Source: Marsupella aquatica
Taxonomy: Eukaryota; Plantae; Marchantiophyta
Direction: 5' to 3'
Assembly: GCA_973895155.1 (NCBI GenBank)
Contig: OZ316899.1
Span: 3,865,455 to 3,929,454 of the forward strand
DNA: 64,000 nucleotides
This document shows, piece by piece, positions 25,762 through 35,563 of this stretch. A model generated the notes under the pieces. It made no database searches. It worked only from the letters and a program-made list of their open reading frames with translations, and was not told the DNA's origin. The first letter of the stretch is position 1, and each line of letters starts with the position of its first letter. Position numbers and translations under genes: made by a program.

Positions 25762-26204
25762 TTGGACTGGGATCATCCGAGTCCAATTGTGGGTTGTCTC
25801 TTGAGACTTCATTTTGACTCAAAGTTGGATTTGGATTGGGATCATTCGGGTCCAATTGTGGGTTGTCTCTTGAGACCGCATTTTGACTCGAAGTTGGATT
25901 TGGACTAGGATCATCCCAATCCAACTATACATTGGTAACTTTGGACCCCATTTGGACTTGAGGTTGAAGTTGGACTGGGATCATCCCAATCCAACAATAC
26001 ATTGACAACATTGGAGACTTGATTTTGGGTGAAGGTGAATTTGGATTGGGATCGTCTCAATCCAATTGTATGTTGGCGTATCCAGAGACCTCATCTGGAC
26101 CTTGAAGTGGATTTGGAAAAGGATCAACCCAATCCAACTGTATCTTGGCGACTTCACCTGTGTAGAGGATGTGAAGGACTTGGACTGGGATCATCCCACT
26201 CCAA
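25762..26204. repeat. Array of 7 copies of a 25-bp palindrome (consensus TTGGAYTGGGAT-C-ATCCCAATCCAA), period 67-72 bp
   Basis: Copies start at 25762, 25831, 25900, 25970, 26041, 26113 and 26180. An isolated eighth copy lies at 29398-29422. Confidence 0.9.
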
Positions 26205-26457
26205 CTTGTGGACCGGGCGTCCGGATGACTATTGAATGGATTTGAATTGGAGGTTCACCCCGACGTAGCGAAGTGTGGCGGGTGTGAAGGGCTCCCTTAG
26301 GCTCATCTCGGCGTTTCAAGGCGACTCGTGACAAGGGACGTGAGGACGGAACAGGAGCCAGACCGGAGCGGGCCGCAAGGTAGCTTGTTGGTACGTGAGG
26401 AGTAGTTGACAATTGGTTGGTTTGGAGTGCCTAAGTTGGTGCATAACTCCAAGGGGG

Positions 26458-26517
26458 GAGGTCACCCATCCCAAAGCTATTCCTCTTGCGCGTGCTTAAC
26501 CGTGGAGTTCTTATGGC
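26458..26517 (-). other. 5S rRNA-derived fragment (internal control region, A-box to C-box), not a full gene
   Basis: Minus strand AGAACTCCACGGTTAAGCACGC...GGGATGGGTGACCTCC versus plant 5S AGAACTCCGAAGTTAAGCGTGC...GGATGGGTGACCTCC. The 5' and 3' parts of 5S are absent. Confidence 0.75.
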
Positions 26518-26956
26518 ATGCAGTGTACACACAAGCTTTCACAACTTGTTGTCTAAGTTAAAGGGCCAGGGGGCTTTATACACTTATTAGTTTGTCTAGA
26601 GACCTGTTTTGGGCCAAATCAGAAGCTACTTAGAGGTTTTTGATACTTCTGAATCCATCTAGATGCATAGATTGGATTAATTTTGCATGGATTCTTAGCT
26701 ACAACCTTGGGGCATTGTGAAGCCTATTATGAAGGTGATGGTGATGATTTAGGGCAGATTTGTCATCACGGATTCTTCGGGTGCTACGGAATTGTCCGAG
26801 GGACAGAGGGCCGGTTTCACTCGAAGTGGGGTGCCATTTTGGCCAACAACATTGATAGCAGTTGCAAGTGCAGGTTCAGATAGTGATTCTGACGAGGACT
26901 CTGTGACCAATTCTCCTTGTCATCAGGTGATTGCACCTTTGTTGTGGGATATGGAA

Positions 26957-29469
26957 GAGATGTACGGGGCTACAAAGGGCCCACGACGATACTCTGGTGC
27001 AGTTGGCACGATTGATCTGGATGACTTCATCCAGGAGTTTGATACGTGGTGCTATATGCAGTCATTACGTAATGCCACGTTGTTTACCCCTTTCATGGCA
27101 TGGAAAGGATTATTTCAGCATTTGGAGGGGCCACCCATGGATGACTACCATGAGTTTTGGAAGACTCATTTGGTTGAGATTGAGGCATGGAGGCAGCATT
27201 GGTCGCCTAATTATGTGTCCATCACCTATGGCACTAGAGCGGCTGCCCAACCCATTACTACAACTGTTGCTTCTTCTAGCAACACTAGCCAGAGTGGCAC
27301 ACCATCTACCAGTACCACTCCAACAACATCCACCGCTACTCCTACCGGTGCGATTGTGACAGGGGTTGGAGTTACGCCAACATTTAACCCTGTGGTGGAG
27401 TTCTTTGAAATATTAAAGCAAAACTATCAGGGTGTGAGGACTGATAAGTTGAAGGGTCTCCAGGAGTTTCAGCGCAAGACTGGAGAGAGTCTACGTGAGG
27501 CATACACTCGTATGCGCAGATTAATCACTGTCACCAAGGGAGTGACAGAGGCTCAAGCAGTCCAATTTTGGTATGCAATTCTAGATAGAGAATTGCGACG
27601 TAGAGTGAGAGATGTCACTCTACTTAGGGATGCAAATCCCACATTGGTAGTTGTTTTTACACTTTCAGAGCGCATTGAGCTCAATATGGTGAATGAGAAA
27701 GTGGTGACTTCCGGGTTTGCCAAGGAAGCACCAAAGGCTGCATCTACACCCACATCACAGCCTACTGCACGTAAGAGTCAGAGGGAGAAGCCCACTGCAT
27801 GGGAATCTACCAGTCAGAGACCTGTGCCTTCCTATGCTGGACAGCAGTCAGGATGTTGGACCTGTGGTGGGGATCATGCGCAGTGGTATTGCCCTAATCA
27901 TAGAGGGTCAGGAGGGGCCTCAGCACCTGATCAGCAGCAATGTGATCATTGTGGAGCTCCTGGACACACCAAGGATAGGTGTTTTTCACTCCATCCTGAG
28001 TTACAGAGAGGGGGACAACGCACACATGATCGGGGAAGAGGAGGTAGAGGTGGTGGTCGTGGCCGAGGTATGCCACATGTAGCAAGGCAGGGAGGTGATA
28101 CTGCTCCTGCTGTGACCATAGATCCTAAGGATATTAAGATTGCTCAATTGGAGCAACAACTAGCTGCTATGGCTAGTTCTCAGGTGAGACCTGCTTCTGG
28201 TGATGGGGCTTCTACATCCTATGAAGCTTCCACATCTTATGGGGTTGATGGAGATCTTGCCACTATGGGATTCATGTGTGGCACTGCACACATTGATGCA
28301 TCAACAACTTTGACGCGTGGGGCAGCAAAAGCTCTTGAGCCCCGAGGAGCAATAGTGGAGCTAGATCCACAGAGGGGGGGTGCACGTCGGCAGACAAAGC
28401 TTCCTCAGTCTTTTACATTGTCAGAGACAGTACAGACTGCCTCTATGAACCCGGTTCGGACAAACCCTAGTGTGGGTCAGTTGGCAGAATCAGGTAGTGA
28501 TGCAACAGGGATGACAGGTACCTTGCTGGGGGCGGCTACGACCATAGTGCGCACCCCATTATTTTCAGCGACAGACATGTTGAACTTGGGAGTTGGTCCA
28601 GCTGATGCGTTGAGATTGGTAGCCACATTATGCGAGGATACTCCAATTTTGGCTTCTCGTGCAGAGGCAGCATGCAGTTCTAGAGCAGAAAAGTTGACAC
28701 CACCTACTGCTACTAGTGAGACCTGGCATGCAGCAGCAGCGAGGTTGGTGGATTTACCAGCACGCCCTGCATTTGAGAGGACTAGGTTTAAACCTAGTGT
28801 TGTGTCATTGGATAATCGGAGTGGTATCTTCCGATTAGTTGGGCCTACTGGAGCCATATACCAGCCAGAGAGAGTGTTACTAGATACTGGTGCTCAGCCC
28901 TTGATGTTGGGTAAGTCAACGGTACGAGGATTGGCATTGCATCCAAATGATCTGGAGGAGTGTCCCTTTCCTATTCAGACTTCATTGGGGGACCTACACC
29001 CACACAGCACATCACCAGACGACCACTTGAATTGAGGATTCAGGAGGGTCATGCCAAGGATAGCTCCCACATACAGGCGCAAGCTATTTTGACTAAGGCC
29101 GAGTTGTATGATGTGTTGGTGGGATGTACAGTGTTATACCCCATGGGATTTATTCTTGATTTTTGGGATGAATCAGTGTCATACAGACTTGATTGGCAGT
29201 CAGGAGATGCTCGATTGAGCAGGTTGCCAGTGCAATTTAGTGGACCTGTGGGAGGCTCTAAATTCACACTATTGTCTTTGGCAGCCTTCAGTGGTGTGAA
29301 CACTGGTCCTGATGATTTGACGGAGGGTAATGCACATGCAGCAGATGTTCCATCAGTGGAGGAGTCACATGAGGAGCAAATGGTGCGAAGGAGCAACCTG
29401 GATTGGGATCATCCCAATCCAACTAGTGTTGTGCCACCAGTATGGGGTACTGCACAAGCCTTGCCGTAG
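26957..29469 (+). pseudogene. Gag, two CCHC knuckles, aspartic protease and linker of the DNMT-gypsy
   Basis: FQRKTGESLREAYTRMRRL, CWTCGGDHAQWYC, CDHCGAPGHTKDRC and VLLDTGAQPLMLG. Frameshift near 28990; TAG at 29467. Confidence 0.88.
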
Positions 29470-29481
29470 AGGGCAGCACAA

Positions 29482-30747
29482 TTGGTACATGATGCATGGC
29501 GTCATGCTTTTACACCACAGTCAGGAGCAGAGCAATCTCCTACAAGTGGGCCAGTGACTCTTTCACCATTGGATACCATCCCTATTGCGTGGCAATATCC
29601 ACCAGAGGGTATTTGTTTGCTCGATCTATTTGGTGGAATTAGCACTGGATTGGCTGCTGTTCTTCAGGCAGGAATTCCTATGCGTCGTTACTTGTATGTG
29701 GAGACAGATGAGACAACACGGAGAGTCTCATTGCGCCATGTGGCTATGTTGGTAGAACGTTATCCACAGTTGTTGCCAGTGGATGCTGTTCGTGGCTATC
29801 AACATGCATTGCCGGCTGATATTTTATTGCTGGGGGCGGATCATTTGGACCGCGTTGGCCCCATTGATTTGGTGATTGCTGGTTGGCCATGTCAAGGCCA
29901 ATCAAGAGCTGGAGTTGGACATGGACTTCATGATCCACGCTCTGCATTGTTTTGGGAGATGTTACGGGTATTGCGTCATCTCCAGTTACATCAAACACAT
30001 TCCCCTGCCTACATTTTGGAGAATGTGCCACTATTGGGTGATGAGCGTCATCGACTTGTTGCTAGTGTTCATCAGGTCAGATCTTGGATTGGACCTGCTG
30101 TATTATTGGATGCTGCACGTGTGGGTTCTCGTGCACATTGTCCACGCTTGTGGTTGACTAATTTGTTACCTTGTGAAGTGTTGAAGCAAGCATTTGATAG
30201 CATTCCTCGCTCAACATCCTTGGTGGTGGATGATATTTTGGATCCAGGGCGTTGTGCACAACATGTGACCCAGTCTGACAGATCTCCATTGGCAGTGGTC
30301 AATGTAGTTGGTCGTCCGCGTTGTGCATTACCCACTTTTGTGAGCCATTCTGCTTCATATGCATTTAGAGCAGGTGGGCCTGGACTTGTATGGGATACAA
30401 CGCTACAGCAATTAGTGGAGCCTACTGCTGATGAAAGAGAGCGTGCTATGGGATTTTTGACAGGCACTACTGCAGTTGCCTCAGTATCAGAGAGTTCTCG
30501 CCGCCAAGTCCTTGGTCAAGCCATGGATTTGAATTGCTTGACTTGGATTATCAGCTTGGGAGTAGCTGGACAGTTGCGGATGCGCTCTGCTGGTGTTACT
30601 GATCGTCCATTAGTGAGCTTGCGGTCCATTGAGACAGTGATGACCACAGTTGGGGGCGAGCAGATAGTCCATGGACCTATGGCAGGATTAGCCAAGGCTG
30701 GACAGATTGTTGAGCAAGAAGGGACTGTTCAATCTACTGCTAAATAG
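29482..30747 (+). CDS. C5-cytosine DNA methyltransferase domain (DNMT3/DRM-like) within gypsy pol
   Basis: Motif I LLDLFGGISTG, II YVETD, IV DLVIAGWPCQGQS (catalytic PC), VI ILENV, VIII SRAHCPRLWLTN, IX ERERAMGF and X RRQVLGQAM, in canonical order. Confidence 0.93.
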   Translation: MVHDAWRHAFTPQSGAEQSPTSGPVTLSPLDTIPIAWQYPPEGICLLDLFGGISTGLAAVLQAGIPMRRYLYVETDETTRRVSLRHVAMLVERYPQLLPVDAVRGYQHALPADILLLGADHLDRVGPIDLVIAGWPCQGQSRAGVGHGLHDPRSALFWEMLRVLRHLQLHQTHSPAYILENVPLLGDERHRLVASVHQVRSWIGPAVLLDAARVGSRAHCPRLWLTNLLPCEVLKQAFDSIPRSTSLVVDDILDPGRCAQHVTQSDRSPLAVVNVVGRPRCALPTFVSHSASYAFRAGGPGLVWDTTLQQLVEPTADERERAMGFLTGTTAVASVSESSRRQVLGQAMDLNCLTWIISLGVAGQLRMRSAGVTDRPLVSLRSIETVMTTVGGEQIVHGPMAGLAKAGQIVEQEGTVQSTAK

Positions 30748-30795
30748 CAATCATCAACTATCTCTTCTACCCTACAAAAAGATATTAGGGATCTG

Positions 30796-32307
30796 GTGGA
30801 GAGTTGGGAGCCACAGATTGATCCTAAGTTGACTGGGGAGGAGAGACGTCGCATGCATCGATTCTTGAAGAGTTACTGGAATTGTTTTGCATTCAGCATG
30901 AAGGATTTGGGGACATTGAAGGGCCCTGGTATTCAGATTGAATTGGCTAGTGATGCACCAATCTTTCGTAGACCATATCGTTATAGTGACATGGAAAGAG
31001 CTCTGATTCAGAGCAGAACTCAGGATTTGTTGGAGGCTGGTTTGGTGGAGATCTCATACGGGGAGTATGCATCTGCCATAGTGATGCCAGCCAAGAAGGA
31101 TGTGCATGGTAATTACACGGATAGGCATATGTGTGGTGATTACCGACCTATTAATCGTTAGACAAAATCTGATCGATATGCCATGCCCACACCTGAGGAG
31201 ATCTTTGATGCAGTGGGGCATGCAAAGGTTTTTAGTTCATTGGATCCGAGGGCAGGGTACCATCAGCTTCCAATCAGACATTCTGACAGGTCCAAGACAG
31301 CATTCTGGGGAATTGATTCTTATGGCAAGGATCGTTTGTATCAGTGGTTGTTCTTACCATTTGGGTTGAAGAATGCACCAGCTAAGTTCCAGAGAGTCAT
31401 GGATCGAATCCTTGCAGGTTTGGATTTTGTTAGATGTTATATTGATGATATTTTGGTTTATTCTTCTACTATGGAAGAACATCAACGACACTTGCAGATT
31501 GTGTTTGAGAGATTGAGGGAACATGGATTGAAGCTCCATCCCGGCAAGTGTAAGTTCTTCCAAGACCAGATTGAGTATTTGGGCCACACTATATACCCAG
31601 GGGGATTGGGTGTACAACAGACTAAAGTGGAGGCCATTACACAGATTCCTCGTCCTACTGATGTGAGCAGAGTTTGTGCATTCTTGGGATTGGCGAGCTA
31701 CTATAGGAGGTATGTTAAAGGATTTAGCCAGCTTGCTAAACCTTTGACCATACTCACTAAGTTGGATCAGGAATGGATTTGGGGTGATGATCAGGAGCAT
31801 GCCTTTCAGGAGTTGAAAGAAAGATTGGCATCATCCCCTATTTTGAGAAGACCCATTTCAGGGAGACCATTTCAGCTACACACTGATTGGAGTGGAGTAG
31901 GACTTGGAGCAGTGCTGACTCAGAAAGATGATGAAGGACATGAGTTTGTTGTGGCATATGCCAGTAGATCAAACAATTTAGCAGAGGCTAAGTATAGCTC
32001 TTATGAGAGAGAGTGTTTGGCAGCAGTGTGGACTGTGGCACACTTCCGTTGTTACTTGTTTGGTAATCCTTTCACTTTGATCACTGATCATCAGCCTCTC
32101 AAGTGGTTAATGGAGTCTGACAAGCTTACAGGGAAGCTTGCACGATGGGCATTGTTGTTACAGGAGTATGATTTCCAGGTGGTGCATAGGCCTGGAAAGG
32201 TGAATTTGGATGCAGATGGGTTGAGCCGCAATCCATGTACCATTCAGGAGGATGAGACTGGAGCCAGATGGCATGATGAGTCAGATAAGGAGATGGTGTC
32301 AGGATGA
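30796..32307 (+). pseudogene. Gypsy reverse transcriptase and RNase H
   Basis: MCGDYRPIN, LDPRAGYHQ, LPFGLKNAP, CYIDDILVYS, FQLHTDWS, YSSYERECLA and TDHQPLKW. In-frame TAG at 31159 and TGA at 32305. Confidence 0.95.
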
Positions 32308-32352
32308 CATGCATCTGCCTTCCTTTGTTGGGTTCCAGCATGCAGTGGTTCT

Positions 32353-33872
32353 GTGGACTCTACTTCATTGGATGAAGCAGATGATGAGTCTTCAGATGTG
32401 GATGTTGGTGATGTAACTTTTGGACAACAAGATATTCACAATGATGTGAAAGTGTTGGAATATCTGCGCAGTGGTTCTATTGTTGGCAGTATTGATGCCA
32501 AGGAACGTGACAGGGTTCTACAGAGAGCCAAGAAGTTTCGATGGGAAGGAAACCATCTTTTGAGAGTACTACGTGATGGTAAGGTATTGGTGGTACCAAA
32601 ACCATCACAACGAGTACATTTGGTGTGACATGCGCACGAGGAGTTAGGGCACTTTGGTGTCAAGCGCACTTATAGCTTGTTGCAGACACAGTATTGGTGG
32701 CGTGGTATGCACACTGATGTTCAGCAATTGATAGCTAAGTGTGCGGTTAGTGATCGAGTGCGAGCATCATTTAATGCTCCCACTCCCCAATTGCATCCAT
32801 TGCCAACATGGGTTTGGGGTACAGATGGAGTTTGGACTTTGCTGGTCCATTGTCTCTCACCCAACGACATAACCGTTATGTTTTGGTTATGGTGGAGCAC
32901 TTCTCCAAGTGGATTGAACTAGTGGCATTGCCAAATAAAGCTAGTGGAGGAGTGGCTACCACATTTCTAGATCGAGTACTCAGTCACTTTGGAGCACCAG
33001 CTGAGGTGTTGACTGATCAGGGCACGGAATTCCGTGGAGATTTTGAGAGTTTGTGTGAGCAAGCTCTGATTGACCATCGTACTACTTCTCGCGATCATCC
33101 TGAGGCAGATGGATTGGCAGAGAGAGTTGTACAAACTGTGAAGAGAGGATTGCGCAAGTATGGCTTACAGGTTGGTCATTTGGGAGACTGGGATTTCCAA
33201 CTACCTTGGTTAGCTATGGGCTACCATTTCAATCGACAAGCATCACTTGCATCCTTCTCACCCTATTTCTTGCTCTATGGTAGAGAGCCAGATTTGCCAG
33301 CGGCTATTCATCGTGATGTTGCAACTGTTGTGGGTTTGGATGATCCAGATATTTGGGTAAAGGTTTGTTCAGAGAGGGCACGAGTTTTTGAGAGAGTCAT
33401 GCCCATGGCCTTTGACAACCTTGCTATTGCCCAGCATCGTGATACTTTGCGATATGCTACTATTCGTGGAGGAGGTTATCGCACGAAGATTAGGAGATTT
33501 CATCCTGGCGATTATGTTTATTTGCAGCAGACAGCACCAACAACGCTTGATGTGACCGCAGGGCGGACAATCTTGCGTGTGCATGAAGTGTTGCCTTCTG
33601 GAGTCCTTATGTTGGAAGGGCGTGATGATATGGTTTGGAAGGATCACGTGCGTAATTGTGCGCCATGTCACCTTCCAAACATTGATGGCACTGTGGATCC
33701 AAGCTTGGCACATGTTTGTGCTAGCTTGAAGTGTATGTTGTGTGGGTCTGCTCAGGAAGCAGCTACTATGTTGATTTGTGATAAGTGTTCTAGAGGATGG
33801 TACATGTCGTGTTTGACACCACCCTTGCACATGATTCCTAGCGGATCATGGTTTTGTCCTCAATGTCGGTGA
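32353..33872 (+). pseudogene. Gypsy integrase with a C-terminal PHD finger
   Basis: HEELGHFG, YWWRGM, WSLDFAGP, LTDQGTEF and GLAERVVQT. C-terminus CMLC...LICDKCSRGWYMSC...WFCPQC is a C4HC3 pattern with His replaced by Tyr. Confidence 0.92.
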
Positions 33873-34048
33873 TGCCGACTAGTTATCATTTGTGTTCTTG
33901 TGGAAAATATAGATTGCAGGTAGGTGATCGATGGGGCTCACTTGCACCCGGCCTCCTGATCTTTGCACCTACAAAGGTGTATATTAACCTTGTAGAACTC
34001 ATGGCTAGCTAGAGTTAGGGGACCTCACTCCCAGCTTAGGGGGGCGAT

Positions 34049-34646
34049 TGTGGGTTTTGGGCATGTGTGGACATTGGTTCTATTTGTACTCCATTCTCTT
34101 ATGTGCGTGTTAGTGGATTGTGACTATGTTTGGATATGTGTGACAAGCGATGTATGTTGTGTAGCGATGTGTATGCGCACGACAGCTGTCACACCATTTA
34201 GAGTGGTAGTAAAGTATATTGTACTATCTAGGATATAGAGGTTTTGTATGTGTGCTATATGAGCACTTTGTGTTTAGTTTGAGTTGGTGTGAGGGATAGT
34301 TATCCCCTTGTGTTGGCTCAAAGGCCTCATCTTTCAATGTTGAGCCTTTGAGCATGAGCTTGGTGGCTATGGTATGGCTAACCAGGTTGTGTGCATGTAA
34401 CGTGGATTCCTTGAGGTGCGTTGGGCTTGACATATATGTGTGATCGTGTCGGACGGGATCGTTGTTGGATTAGCATTGATCGTTGTTCAATTTCATCCAG
34501 AAAAGATTATTGTGGGTTTTGGGCATGTGTGGACATTGGTTCTATTTGTACTCCATTCTCTTATGTGCGTGTTAGTGGATTGTGACTATGTTTGGATATG
34601 TGTGACAAGCGATGTATGTTGTGTAGCAATGTGTATGCGCACGACA
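34049..34646 (+). repeat. Composite right terminus: A (34049-34184), GC, B' (34187-34509), T, A (34511-34646)
   Basis: Two near-identical 136-bp TG...CA units flank a copy of LTR-B. The first A directly follows the PPT. Confidence 0.85.
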
Positions 34647-35563
34647 CCATGCTTGTGGGGATGTTGCTACTTCCCACCTATCTTACCTAGTCTTGCCTAT
34701 ACCAGTTTAGCCAAACTGGTAAAACATATATAAATTGTATGCATTATTGTATACCCCATTGGGGTCCCGCTGTAAGCATCATCATTTTGAAAACTTGTGT
34801 ATCTTGTAAGTTAGCCCTATCTTGGGGTTGTCTACTTATAATTCCTGAATGGATTTTTAAATATATATTTTTCTGTTTTATAATACACATGGGTATGGCC
34901 ACCGAGACACGAAACAGGAAAACAGGAATTCTGGTAGCAGATTTTTTTTTGCTGTTATTAGGAATAGGTTGCTGTTACCAGGAAAAGTTAGTCATTGGAA
35001 TAGGATAATACTTCATTACTTCAAGCCAGATACATCTGCAAAAAAGCAATATGCATTATGCTTCATTTACATTCTAGAGCTTAGAACCAACTAACAGGGC
35101 AATAATTGTTGTCTGATGATAAGTGAGCCCGGAATCACCAACATACTTCTGGAAAATAGTGTCCCAAAAACCACAAACACACAAACATTTACCAGTGAAT
35201 GCCATGGGAAAAAACATTGACATGGTCGGTCCCACCATAAGTAACATAATATTATAGGCCAACAATAAGGCAGAAAACCAGAAATGAAAACTTTGGACAA
35301 TTTGAAAGACCATCGGCGATGGGCTAGCGCCTGGCGCTAGCTAAAATGGAAACAACCAACCCATTTAGAAAATGACATTGGATGAATGCATAATGTGGGA
35401 AACAAAAATTTAAAATATCATTTGTAGTGATAGGATTACAATGAAGTAAATGATAATAAGGAAGACTTCCATCCCAGCGCCAGGCGCTAACATAAAACTA
35501 TACCATTGTAATACGACAAAAACTAATATAACCGTTTCAAGTATAGGACAAATATATCCTTCT

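Larger units (their letters stand above)
18842..34646 (+). mobile_element. Ty3/gypsy retrotransposon carrying a C5-cytosine methyltransferase and a PHD finger; Copia-1 nested in its 5' leader
   Basis: LTR-B at 18842-19173 is repeated at 34187-34509. PPT near 34037-34047. Domain order gag-PR-DNMT-RT-RH-INT-PHD. CCAT flanks both outer ends (18838-18841 and 34647-34650). Confidence 0.88.

Noticed and set aside
25762-26204. CRISPR array (palindromic 25-bp repeats with 42-47-bp spacers)
   Set aside because: Spacers 1 and 2 are nearly identical and the others are related, the repeats are degenerate, no cas genes are present and the context is a eukaryotic retrotransposon. It is a tandem repeat.
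26458-26517. Functional 5S rRNA gene
   Set aside because: Only the central about 60 nt match, with several substitutions. The 5' and 3' stems and the T-run terminator are missing.
29482-30747. Host DRM/DNMT3 gene
   Set aside because: It is intronless, has no UBA, PWWP or ADD domains, and lies between protease and RT within LTRs.
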